Shown here: one piece after another, positions 39,646 to 50,511 of the stretch
Layout of the letters: each line of letters begins with the position of its first letter
Position numbering within the stretch: the stretch's first letter is position 1
Assembly: GCA_030141605.1 (NCBI GenBank)
Contig: JAQGDQ010000049.1
Span: 620,001 to 684,000, forward strand
DNA: 64,000 nucleotides
Origin: Tubiluchus corallicola
Taxonomy: Eukaryota > Animalia > Priapulida
Direction: 5' to 3'
Notes under the pieces: generated by a model
Database searches by the model: none
Told to the model about the DNA's origin: nothing
Seen by the model: only the letters and a program-made list of their open reading frames with translations
Position numbers and translations under genes: made by a program

Positions 39646-39977
39646 TGTCTAATCACCGATTCCCCAATCATTCAGTCCGTCGAAGAGCCTTTATTGATGG
39701 TCTGAGTTCATTAATACACTGTAATAATTCTAATAACAACTCACATTACATGGTCACGTAACTAATCCATTTACTACAGTCATTAATTTGCCTGTGCAGG
39801 TATGAGCAGTGTTCATAATGAGTTCTGCCAATCCACACGAAGCCAATTTTGCATTGCAGCACGTTGCGTAGCGCGGCTTCCGAACGTGTTAACATGGTTA
39901 GTTATGCAGCTCGGAGGCCACTTAATGCCACCTCTTATTCAGCAAGCTCTACTAGTAATTGTTCCCTTTTTGTGCAG

Positions 39978-40014
39978 GTCGCCCTCAACAGTCAAAATGG
40001 CCGCCTTATTTAAG
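39978..40014 (+). other. Candidate 37-nt exon containing an ATG in strong context (MAALFK)
   Basis: Acceptor gttccctttttgtgcag|, caaaATGG at 39997 and donor AAG|GTAAGG. Confidence 0.4.
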
Positions 40015-41027
40015 GTAAGGGTTGCAGGTAGAAAGTGATCATAGTTAGTTAACCAAAAAAACAACAAAATTAACCAGAACAATATGCATAATTTACTTGA
40101 ATTACTCTCATTGAGAGAATAAAAATTACTCACAAAAGGAGGCAAAAATTAATTTCATTGACACAAATGGTACCATCTAGCTTACAATCTCAAAAATACG
40201 AAAAACAGAAGCCATGTAACTAATCTACTAATGACAGGAGGTATCTTTTCATGTTTTATTTTATTTTATTTATTTATTTATTTAATTTTAAATAAGCAAA
40301 CGTGTAGTTAACAAGAGGCATTCTTCTTTCCATTATTATGTTAGTAGTGCACTGTACCTGCCTGCTTGCCTGCCTTCTGGCCAGCATATCTGGCTACCTA
40401 CTACCTACCTACCTACCTGCATACCTACCTATCTACCTAGCCACCCACCCACCTATTTATCTACTATCGGATGTTAACGAACGGAAGACAAAAGCTCCAT
40501 ACTACATTTTTCGTGCTAAGCTAAGCAATTAGAAGTTAGTACAATCATTACCTGTTAGACAACCTCTTAACCCTCTTAGACTGCAATGGCAGTTTCACCA
40601 ACTTATTGCACAGGAAGACTTGAGTTAGCATGCTAATTTATTCAACTTAACAGTGCTTACATCCCGATAGACTCTTTTTTACCTGCGTTTATCCTCACGC
40701 GCGACTTTGCTAAATTACCTACACAACGTACTAACCAAGCTTTTAAAACGAAAAAAGCTTTTAAGATAATGGAAGGCTCAGTAGCGTAATAGGCGGGATA
40801 AATCTTTTTGCCATCAGCAGCTCATAGTAGAGGATAGTACAGTAGTAATAGAAATGGAACTAATCCTTACGAACATCAAACAACATCACGAGTGTCTTGC
40901 TGTCTGTCTGTTAATCGCCAGTCAGTCAGTTAGTAAGTCAGTAAGACATGCTGCCTGTTTGTCTGCAAGCTAGCCAGTCAATCAGTCAGTTAGTTAATCA
41001 ATCAACCAAATAGTCAGTTGGTTCTTT

Positions 41028-41200
<173 letters not shown>

Positions 41201-41210
41201 GCAATACTAT

Positions 41211-42113
41211 TTGGTTAGTGAGTGGTACACCCTGTAGGTGAGTCAACAACATATATATCAGCAACAGTAATATACCTTTGGAAACTTTTTGAGATATGGT
41301 TTAATAGTTCCTTTTCGTCCCCTGATTTACGTTGTGCGTATATGACGTCATGTAATGACGCGGTCAGAACAGTATTGCGGGACATTTAAAATGAAAACAA
41401 ACAAAAAATCATTTCAACGCGAGTACGATATACGCATAAAATTGCTATAAAGTAATGTAATTTTTAAAGCAGTTTTTCTGAAACCTACTTCAAGTACCCC
41501 TTTTCTTGTCCGTTAAGCAATAAAATTAAGCATATCCATATCAATGCCTCACGCTGGCAATGTTTAGCCGCAGCAGTACACTGCCTGATTTTATATTTAT
41601 GCATAAAAACAACTACTTGGGGTCCTATTCGACCCTTGTCGGTAGGATCGGGGTTAAAAGTATTTAATTTTACCACGGATGCATCGCTATGCGTTTCTTA
41701 GCTTCTTTTTTCATTTACAATCGATTTTTCTGTAGTTACTAATTACACTTGAACCGCAATGGAAATTAATCTATGTTTTAGCGCACACAAGTAAAAAATA
41801 AATTTCTATTTCATTCTAATCGTGTTCTCTATGTATAGATTCAGCAGTAAGTTGACATTCTATTTGGTTAGTATGTGTTGTACCCCGGAGGTGAGCCAAC
41901 GACATTTTACCAACTGATGAAAACATTTTAAATAATTAATAAATTTCTTTTCTAGCTACATAAGTCTTTCAAACAGGTAAGCGAAATACTAATTAATATA
42001 ACGTTGCATGGAAAGTTTTTTGGAATATAATTTAACGTTTCTTTTTCTTCTCCTGATTTACGTTGTGGGTATATGACGTCAAGTAATGACGCGCCCGGAA
42101 CAGTATTGCGGGA
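41211..42113 (+). repeat. Local duplicated unit: full copy 41211-41862 plus tandem partial copy 41863-42113
   Basis: Both copies begin ttggttagt...accc.g.aggtgag.caac.acat and share cctgatttacgttgtg.gtatatgacgtca.gtaatgacgcg...aacagtattgcggga. The full copy contains a piggyBac-like terminus ...gtaggatcgGGGTTAA at about 41657. Confidence 0.88.
41956..41976 (+). other. Candidate 21-nt microexon after a 65-nt GT-AG intron (41891-41955)
   Basis: gtgagc...aatttcttttctag|CTACATAAGTCTTTCAAACAG|gtaagc. The splice signals are conserved in the inverted copy at 49544-49564. Confidence 0.4.
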
Positions 42114-42759
42114 GTATAAGCAAAATAAGCTACAGTTTAGGGCCCAAGAAGTTTCCAGATTTTGTTTTATACTCATTTTTATTAAGTAGTAGTTAAGTAA
42201 CACTTTAGTCATAAAATAATTTGTATTGCTCACTTTGCATTAATTAATTAAAGCCATATATATTTTCAAGTTTTCTGAGACCAGCTGTAAGAAAGAGGGG
42301 CTCAGGACTTTATATAGCTTAGGACCTCACCGTGTCTAAAACTACAGCTACATATACCAATTTACTCTACCACAAACAAATTGGTTATATGAACTCTATT
42401 TCTCCTGATAAGTATGTATCCATATCTTTGAGCGATTTGCGAGTGAAAAAACGAACCAGTAGTGATCATTGCATCTGTCACATCAGGCTCACAGATTTTT
42501 CTAGAGAGTACTATACCCACTCATACACATCGTTTTGAGCGAGTATGTTATCTCAGTAAATAAAACATTTATGAATAATATTGTAACAAAACCGGATAGC
42601 GCTAATTCGCTCTGTCAAAGGCATAGTTGTACAGAAAACGTCCAAATATGTAAAGCAAAAAGAAGTTATAGATTTAAGTAACTGAAAATAACTCGCCAGA
42701 AATCTAACCCAACGTTAGATGGAAGACGTGCCTGCCATTCAGCCTACTGAACCAACGAG

Positions 42760-43360
42760 GCAATTCCATACATTTTATAGCTCACTGTGTTCAACATCAC
42801 AATGTAAGGGGAAGTCATCTATAAATGGCGTTTCACCTCCGTAACAAGTGAAACCGTCTTTTACAGATTAATAGATCCCAGATTCTCAATGCCACATTGT
42901 TTTCGCACTCGCTTTTCCTAACCTTAGATGATTTTAATTCTTTCTTTAACTTTGCCCTGAGAAAGGCAGGTGTTCCACGTTGTCGTTTGTAGGCTACTTT
43001 AGCTACTCTAGTGTTTGTATACTCTAACAAAACAAACATTGTCTTTAGCATCGTGTCATGTATTGACAAGCTGTGTTTGGCGTTTGTAATCAACAGACAA
43101 TCTAATTATTGGCTTGTTTATTAACAAATGCTAATGAGTCTTTCTGTTGCAACTACTAGGTCTATAATAGCACTAGTCAGGTATTCAACGCTGTGCTCCC
43201 TGATACTGCTCACAGTCATTTTACTAACTAAAGAAATGAAAAACTCTCTTGTGAATCCTTGATTTGAAAAACTACAAAGATGCGATAATGGCTTCCGTGA
43301 TGTTCTGTCCTCACGGCGCAAAGCATGACTAAGTAGATTCCTGGATTTCAGCGACAAAGT
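42760..43360 (-). mobile_element. Highly degenerate non-LTR retrotransposon RT fragment (RTE-like), tentative
   Basis: Minus frames give KKELKSSKVRKSECENNVALRIWDLL (compare ALKxMKxGKAxGxDxIxxExWK) and, downstream across frameshifts, YR..LLNT.SYKM-like residues (compare NYRxITLLNTxYK). Confidence 0.3.
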
Positions 43361-44317
43361 GCAATATACTGGATAAGGTAGATCATATAAGTTCTCTTCA
43401 TACCTTTACGAATTTAAAGATAATTACTGAACACGTTTGGTTAACGTTCTTTTCACAAACTTTAACGAAAAAATTTTGATTTTTCGTTTTTGATTTTCGT
43501 TATATTTACTTTTGAAGTATAATTTTAAACGTTTTAATTACGGATGAGAAATGCAAAGCAATTCTTAAGGTTCACTATACTAAATTCATAAATGTGCCCA
43601 ATTCATTTGTTAGTTTTTTTTACTAATTGACAGGTTCAGGTAACCCGAATATTACACACTGCAACTGTCCCTTTCATTTTTTTTGCTGAGCAAATGTGAC
43701 ATCACTGGTTACAGTGTTTTCGTGGGAATTGCGTAAAATATCTAATGTTGTAGCCACCCTAGAGCGTCCAGCCGGAAAAGCTAAACTGTTTTCTTTTTAA
43801 TTTACTAAATTTACCATTTATACATGATATACGCTTAGTGCATAATTGCGCTGCCTAAGTTAACCTATCATATTCAAAGTCAAGGCAAGGAGAAATTTTA
43901 ACCTTCCCATTTCTATTTTTCTTCCCGTTTCCACTTACAGCAAAAAAACCTCGAAACCCAGAGCTTTTTCGAAATTTTCTGAACTAAATTACATAATTTG
44001 CTTCACGTAATTTTGTCGTTCATTAACGTTCTCCCTAAACACATAATTATGGCTTGATTTCCATTGCTTAGATATGTAATAAAAGTAATAAATCTATAAA
44101 GTACTATGTAAGAAGGCTATAAACTTTTCTCTGATTAGTATCATTAACACTCGAACAAAATGCTAATCACTATTTCAGTAATTGACTGTTCAGTCCAAAA
44201 ACTTGTAACGGTTATGCAAGTTTCATCAGTTGACGTCTGCTTGTACAAGAAGCCCTTTTTGTCGTTCCTTTCATCGAAGCTAATCTCAAGAAAGATTTCC
44301 CATCATGTTTTTCTTAA

Positions 44318-44761
44318 AGGCCTATACTTAACCCCATCAAAGTTTTTAACCCTTTGTTATGGTTGCACATAAAATTCACAGTTATTATTAAACAAAGGAG
44401 TGTCATAAATTAAACAACTTAAATTTTTAGGCGAATTTCGAACGCGTGCATTGTCGTGAAGATCGCCATGTTTCGCGTCTTTGCCGAGAGTGAACGAGAG
44501 AATGATGTACGAGGTACAGAAAGCGTCTTTGGCTATTGATGTTTGTTTACCGATTTTTGGTGAATTCGTGCCTATACTCTTACGTCATTCAACTCGCGCA
44601 ACGAAAAATGGCGGTTCTTCAAATTTAATACAGCTAAAAGTAAAGTGATAAAATCAAAAGAAACAAATTTTACAACAAGTTTATAATAAAATAAGTTAAA
44701 TATTCGTAGTGAGTATAGGATCTTAAGTTGTAAAAGATGATATTATAGTGAGCGTTTAGTT
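44318..44761 (+). mobile_element. TTAA-flanked Kolobok-like element, copy C (3' terminus damaged)
   Basis: TTAA|AGGCCTATA start, colinear with copies A and B. Confidence 0.8.
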
Positions 44762-45178
44762 CTACTGACTCGCATTTGAATATATTTGTCTACTGTCTCT
44801 ATTTGAATCAAATCAAATTCACAGTTTTCCCTAAATACTGCTATAAAGTTCGACTGCTTAAAAGTTCAATTCTTTACCGGAAATTTATTTCCATATTAAT
44901 TATAATCTCGGTTTAAGAGCAAATTCTACCACCAGCATTTTTTGTAAGGTTGCTTTCTTAAAAGCAAAGTCTATCGTCTTATAAAAAAACAGGCAAATTA
45001 TAGTTTATAATATACAAAATAATAAAATGTCTGCCATATTTTTAATTTCTAGCTACAGCCTTTGCCTGACTTTGTCTTGAGTTCACTTGAATTGTCTAAG
45101 GCTATGACGCAATGAAGCCTACAACAGAACACACGTTGTGTGCTGCAACACATGCATACATGCATACATACTCACATA

Positions 45179-46087
45179 CGAGGTGCGTTCCAGAAGTTTT
45201 GAAAATTTTTAGGAGAGGCATTTATTTATTTCAGTAAAAAATGCAACTCTAATCTCCTTCAAAATAGGCCCACTGGTAGTCCTCCAAAGTGAAGGTATCC
45301 ATGACGTTTGTCACAGCCTCCTTCACCTCCTCTATGTCCTTGAAACGGTTTCCCCTGAGGTTTTCTTGTAGCTTGGGAAATAACTAAAAGTCGCAGGGGG
45401 CACGATCTTGACGGTAGGGAGGGTGAGGCACAGTGTTGGTGCCCATACCTGTCAGGTAGTTGGTCACAAGAATGGAGGTGTGGACTGATGCATTGTCCTA
45501 ATGCAGGTGCCGCCGACCTGATCTGAAGAGATCTGACCTTCTGTGATGAAATCTCTTTCTGAACTCTCTGTACAGTTGTGACACTCCAAAACGAACACTT
45601 ATTGTCCGAATCGATATACGATAGTCCTCGTTTACAAAATTGCGGATATCCGCTACCTGCTCTGGCGTTCTGACTTCCTTCTCCCTTTCATCAACCTTGT
45701 CTTCCTCTCTACCTTCATGGAACCTCTTGTGCCATCGAAAAACAGATGACTACCTCATACAAGATAATCCATAGGCATTTTCATCATGTGTATAGCAAGT
45801 TTGTATTGAATTTTTGCCCAGTTTAATACAAAATTTTACAGTATAGCGAGCTTCCAAATTATCTTCACGTCCTGACTGCATTTTACGAAAATGTTAGCTT
45901 TGACAAGCGGCGTGTAGTACGGGTGTATTTGAATTACTCTAACAGCCGGTTCCTTGAACTTTAAAAGATAAAATTTGGCATGTTAATTCACTAGTTGTCT
46001 AGTAATGACATACTTAAGTGACAATAATCTAGGGCAATTAAAAATACCTCTCTTAAAAAATTCTCAGAACTTCTGGAACACACCTCG
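45179..46087 (-). mobile_element. Mariner (DD34D) transposon, internally deleted, transposase pseudogene
   Basis: TIRs CGAGGTGCGTTCCAGAAGTT / AACTTCTGGAACACACCTCG, flanked by TA on both sides (45177-45178 and 46088-46089). Minus translation gives N-terminal RYTVKFCIKLGK and VFRWHKRFHEGRE, then LH*DNASVH...HPPYRQDRAPCDF*LFPKL, with 34 residues between the last two Asp. Confidence 0.95.
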
Positions 46088-46444
46088 TACATACATACAT
46101 ACACACACACACACACGCACGCACGCACACACACATACACACATACATACATACATACATACATACATACACACACACATACATACATACATACATACAT
46201 ACATACATACATACATACATACATACATACATACATACACACATACACACATACACACATACACACATACACACGCTCGCACGCACGCTCGCACGCACAC
46301 ACACATACACACATACACACATACACACATACATACATACATACATACATACATACATACATACATACATACATACATACATACATACATACATACATAC
46401 ATACATACATACATACATACATACATACATACATACATACATAC
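46088..46444. repeat. Compound (TACA)n/(CA)n microsatellite
   Basis: Direct reading. Confidence 0.97.
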
Positions 46445-46843
46445 TTTTCCTATTTCAAAAAATTGTGTTTTTAGACATTTCTCTTATGAGTTGAGAATTG
46501 GTGTCTTTAAATTATTAAAAAAATTTGAAAGTTAATATAGTATACATTCATTTACGAATATTTAAGGTACGTTTACACTTAATTGGCAACTGCAACCATA
46601 GATCACACAAGCAGCATAAGGCAAATGCATAACAAGGAGAATATATGCAAAATAAAATTTGTTCTCCTAATATCTAGATTAGTTTTTGGAATCTGTAGCT
46701 TCAGCTGGGAATAACTAAGTCCAAATTACGTTTCTATTTGCTGACAAATGTGAAAGAAGCTTTACGCTGAAACCAAGAGAAACATTAATATTGTAATAAA
46801 TTGCTGAATATAATCTATTGACAGATTCAATTGTCTGTTGCAG

Positions 46844-46907
46844 GTGTGTTGGATCATACAGTGGAAGCATTAAGAATCTCGAGGGATACATGCTCGTGTC
46901 TCTGTAG
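46844..46907 (+). other. Candidate 64-nt exon
   Basis: Acceptor ttgtctgttgcag| and donor TAG|GTAAGC. One open frame, VLDHTVEALRISRDTCSCLC. Confidence 0.3.
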
Positions 46908-46953
46908 GTAAGCAACGAGCTAATATTAACAGTACACGTATATAGAATTGACA

Positions 46954-46986
<33 letters not shown>

Positions 46987-46990
<4 letters not shown>

Positions 46991-47192
46991 ATACTAATCG
47001 TATGGGCTGCTTATATGGATTTACGTGTGCATATTATGAGTTAAGCATGGCATGTAGTGGGCGCAGTGTGTAATAATTTAAGTCCTGATCATACGTATGT
47101 ATATACTCTTAGTGAACTTATGTTTAAGCCGTACGAGCGTTCAGGCGGAATTCCTTAAAACCGTTGGTGGTTAAAGTTCACCTCCCCTTCCT
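46987..47192 (-). mobile_element. Possible 3' LTR remnant with PPT, abutting a (TA)n run
   Basis: On the minus strand, AGGAAGGGGAGG (47192-47181) is immediately followed by TG (47180) and ends TATAACA (46987), then (TA)n at about 46957-46986. Confidence 0.4.
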
Positions 47193-47928
47193 AGTGTACA
47201 CTTTCACCAGTACTTCGTGCGTGTGTTAGTCGATTATGGTAAACCGAAAGTTTTTCCTAGTAATCTACAAAGCTAAATGCTTTGTTTTGTTGACCTAAAA
47301 GGGCCTACCTAAGAATAGTTTTTCAACTTTTGGCAAAAGAAATGAAAAATAACGTTTGCTTGCAATAAATGTCACTGCAGCAACGTAATTTCGACTTTCG
47401 CTAGCTAGATGGGCACTAGTGCCTGCATCCCGGAAAGGCTTTGTGCAAAAAAGCAGGTGTTGTGACTCTCATTTCAGATTCTCGGTCGGTTGTCATGTAG
47501 TGTACATACGTGAGCACAACTGTAAACATGACATTTAAATTTTTGAACTTAAATTTGACGAGTTTTTGTGTATCATCTAAGTGTTGTGCAGTACCAGTGA
47601 ACTTCAATTTTCACTTTTGCAAAAATGTTTAACACGCTTGTGAAATGGTTGTGCCGTTAAAAATTATATTCAGTTATGATGTCATCACTAGTTTGGTTTG
47701 CCCGCCGTTAATTAAATTTTAATCTGTTATTTAATTATCAGAAACACTTTGGCTTTACTATAGGCGTGAAAATCATATTTTACCGTAATTCAAAATTGGG
47801 TATATATATTTATCCCTTTTTCCTTTAAGTGAACAATGCCACATTTGAGTAAACAGCGTCTACGTTTGATCAAACAATATCTAAATTTAAATGCAACTAT
47901 GTCATATTTAAATCACCCATGCCATATC

Positions 47929-48197
47929 CAGTGTAGGATTATGATTTTATGGGCCTTAGGCTTGAGCTTGGAACGGGCCTTTTAAATGTTGCTACACTGC
48001 TGAGCTGACGTGTTTTTGTGGAGCTCTCGTCGTTTGTAAGTTTGTTTAATTTTGTGAGTTTTTGCCCACCGATTGTGATAAAAATTATATCTTCTTGATC
48101 CTTGAGTTGTGGACTAGGACTATATACAGCGTTTATTTTGCCGGGCCCCTTTTGATCCCGGGCCTTAGGCTTCAGCCTATAGGGCTATCCGCTACAG
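47929..48197 (+). mobile_element. hAT-superfamily MITE with perfect 8-bp TSD
   Basis: GCCATATC is duplicated at 47921-47928 and 48198-48205. Imperfect TIRs CAGTGTAGGAT / ATCCGCTACAG. Subterminal motifs are shared with 4444-4814. Confidence 0.82.
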
Positions 48198-48922
48198 GCC
48201 ATATCTGAGTGAACAATGTCAACATTTGACTGGAAAACCTGTATTTCGTACTGAAGTGACTGGGTAATGTATTTTAATAACAAAACAAAAATCCATTAGG
48301 GACTTTGTTTCTCCATGCGTAGAGGCGAGGCTGTCACTCTAAATGTTGTCATCATCACGAGACTGTTTATGCCGCTCCGTGAGGCCCCATTTCCTTCAGT
48401 CTCTCGAGATTCACGTCATTTTCCTTATTTGCAGCATCTAAATGAGGGGGCATTAAACATTTTGTGCAAAAGAGACATAATGTACTAGCTGACGACTCGC
48501 ACGAGCATCGTCACTGGCCGCTTTATAGTTGATTAGATTTATTTAGGCAAATAAGAAACTCATTATCAGTCATTAGGAGTGTCGGGGATATCATGCAGAG
48601 AAACCTGGTTTTGCTCAACACAAACAACAGCTTGTAGGCTCGTAAGGTATAGTCATTTTTACAAAAAAAAAACTGTAAGGAACATACTGGGCTAAAGGAT
48701 CTAAAGGATCTAAGGCTAAAGGACTCGAATCTAAAAAAATATATGTAAAGTAGCAAGTTAAAATAGTAATAATTTGATGGTATGGAATAAGGTTTTTGCA
48801 TTAGTGATCAGACAAGCTGTATTACTACTACTATCTTGCAAAAGTTGTTGGTAGATATGTTTCAATATTTCCCTTCCTCTACATTTGGCTAAAATACAAA
48901 TCTGAAATAATGTGACGTGCAT

Positions 48923-49654
48923 GTAGAATATCAACTTATTGCTGAATCTACACAGAGAGAACCTGAGTAGAATGAAGTAGAAATTTATTTTTTCCTTGTA
49001 TGCGCTAAAACATACAATTCCATTGCGGTTCATGTGTAATTAGTAACACCTAAAAATAAAGTATGCGTATAAATGAAAAAGAAGCTAAAAAACGCATAGC
49101 GATCCATCCGTAGTAAAATTTTAATTATTTAAAATTTTAACCCCAATCCTACCGACAAGGGTCGAATAGGGGTCGAATCCAAGTAGTTGTTTTTAAATAT
49201 AAAATCAGGCAGTGTACTGCTGCGGCTAAAAATTGCCAGCGTGAGGCATTGATATGGATATGCTTAATTTTATTGCTTAATGGATAAGAAAAGGGGTACC
49301 TGAAGTAGGTTTCATAAAAATCGTCTTAAAAATTACATTACTTTATAGCAATTTTATGCATATATCGTACTCGCGTTGAAATGATTTTTTGTTTATTTTC
49401 ATTTTAAATCTCCCGCAATACTGTTCAGACCGCGTCATTACATGACATCATATACACACAACGTAAATCAGGGGTCGAAAAGGAACCAATAAACTCTGTC
49501 TCAAAAACTTTCCATGCAGAGGAATACTTGGCATTTCCCTTACCTGCTCGAAAGACTTATGTAGCTAGAAAAGAATATTATTAATTATTTAAAATGTTTG
49601 CATCAATTGGTAAATGTTGTTGACTCACCTACAGGGTGCCCACTCACTAACCAA
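48923..49654 (-). repeat. Inverted copy of the 41211-41862 duplicated unit
   Basis: Long exact reverse-complement blocks, e.g. ttgccagcgtgaggcattgatatggatatgcttaattttattgcttaa. It retains the 64-nt intron (49565-49628) and the 21-nt microexon (49544-49564). Confidence 0.92.
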
Positions 49655-50403
49655 AAAAATGTATTTTTAATCTAACTGACAAGCTACAGTAATCTAAAAT
49701 TTTACTTAGTTAGTGACCTGTGTGCTACGAATGCTTTGATTATTTTTTCAAATTTTATTTAGTGTTATCTAAACTTGTTGCAAATGACTTATCGTCAAAA
49801 TGGTTGCGGGAGTTTAAATTTACATGTTTTATACGGCGTTATTGCTGACGCAAGCGTTATATGCAAAAAAGCAGTATGTAAGTGGTAGAAAATTTCCAGG
49901 CGAATTTTTGAACTTTATGTAAGTGAAGAGTTTTCTTGTGCTATAACACTTGCCCAGGCGTGTAGGAAAAACTCACGCATTTATGGCGCTAAAATACGAG
50001 CCAATTTCAACCTGATCTTGCTAGATTGTCCAAATTTTAGTAAGTTCTTGAATAAACCGTTTGTGTGCAAAACTTGATCTGACATTTTATCAATATAATA
50101 ACCGCGAACCACAGGTAATGTTTAAACATTTATTACATGTGTGATAAAAGTTTAAGCGTCACGTGCAAATGTATTAAAAGTTTATTACGTTATTACATTA
50201 AATATTATTTGTCTTTTGTCGTTATTATATTAATAAAATGTCAGATTCAGAATTTTCAAAACCTTCACTGCATCCATCGTGCGGCATAAACGTGAGTGTG
50301 AGACGATTCGTTATTATATACAACAGGATAAGGGTAATAACAGAAGTTACAGAATCTTGGCGAAAAGCTCATTTAAGATGTACTCGCTGATTATTAGACC
50401 TGG

Positions 50404-50414
50404 TATTATTATTA

Positions 50415-50510
<96 letters not shown>
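50404..50510. repeat. (ATT)n microsatellite
   Basis: Direct reading. Confidence 0.97.
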
Positions 50511-50511
<1 letters not shown>

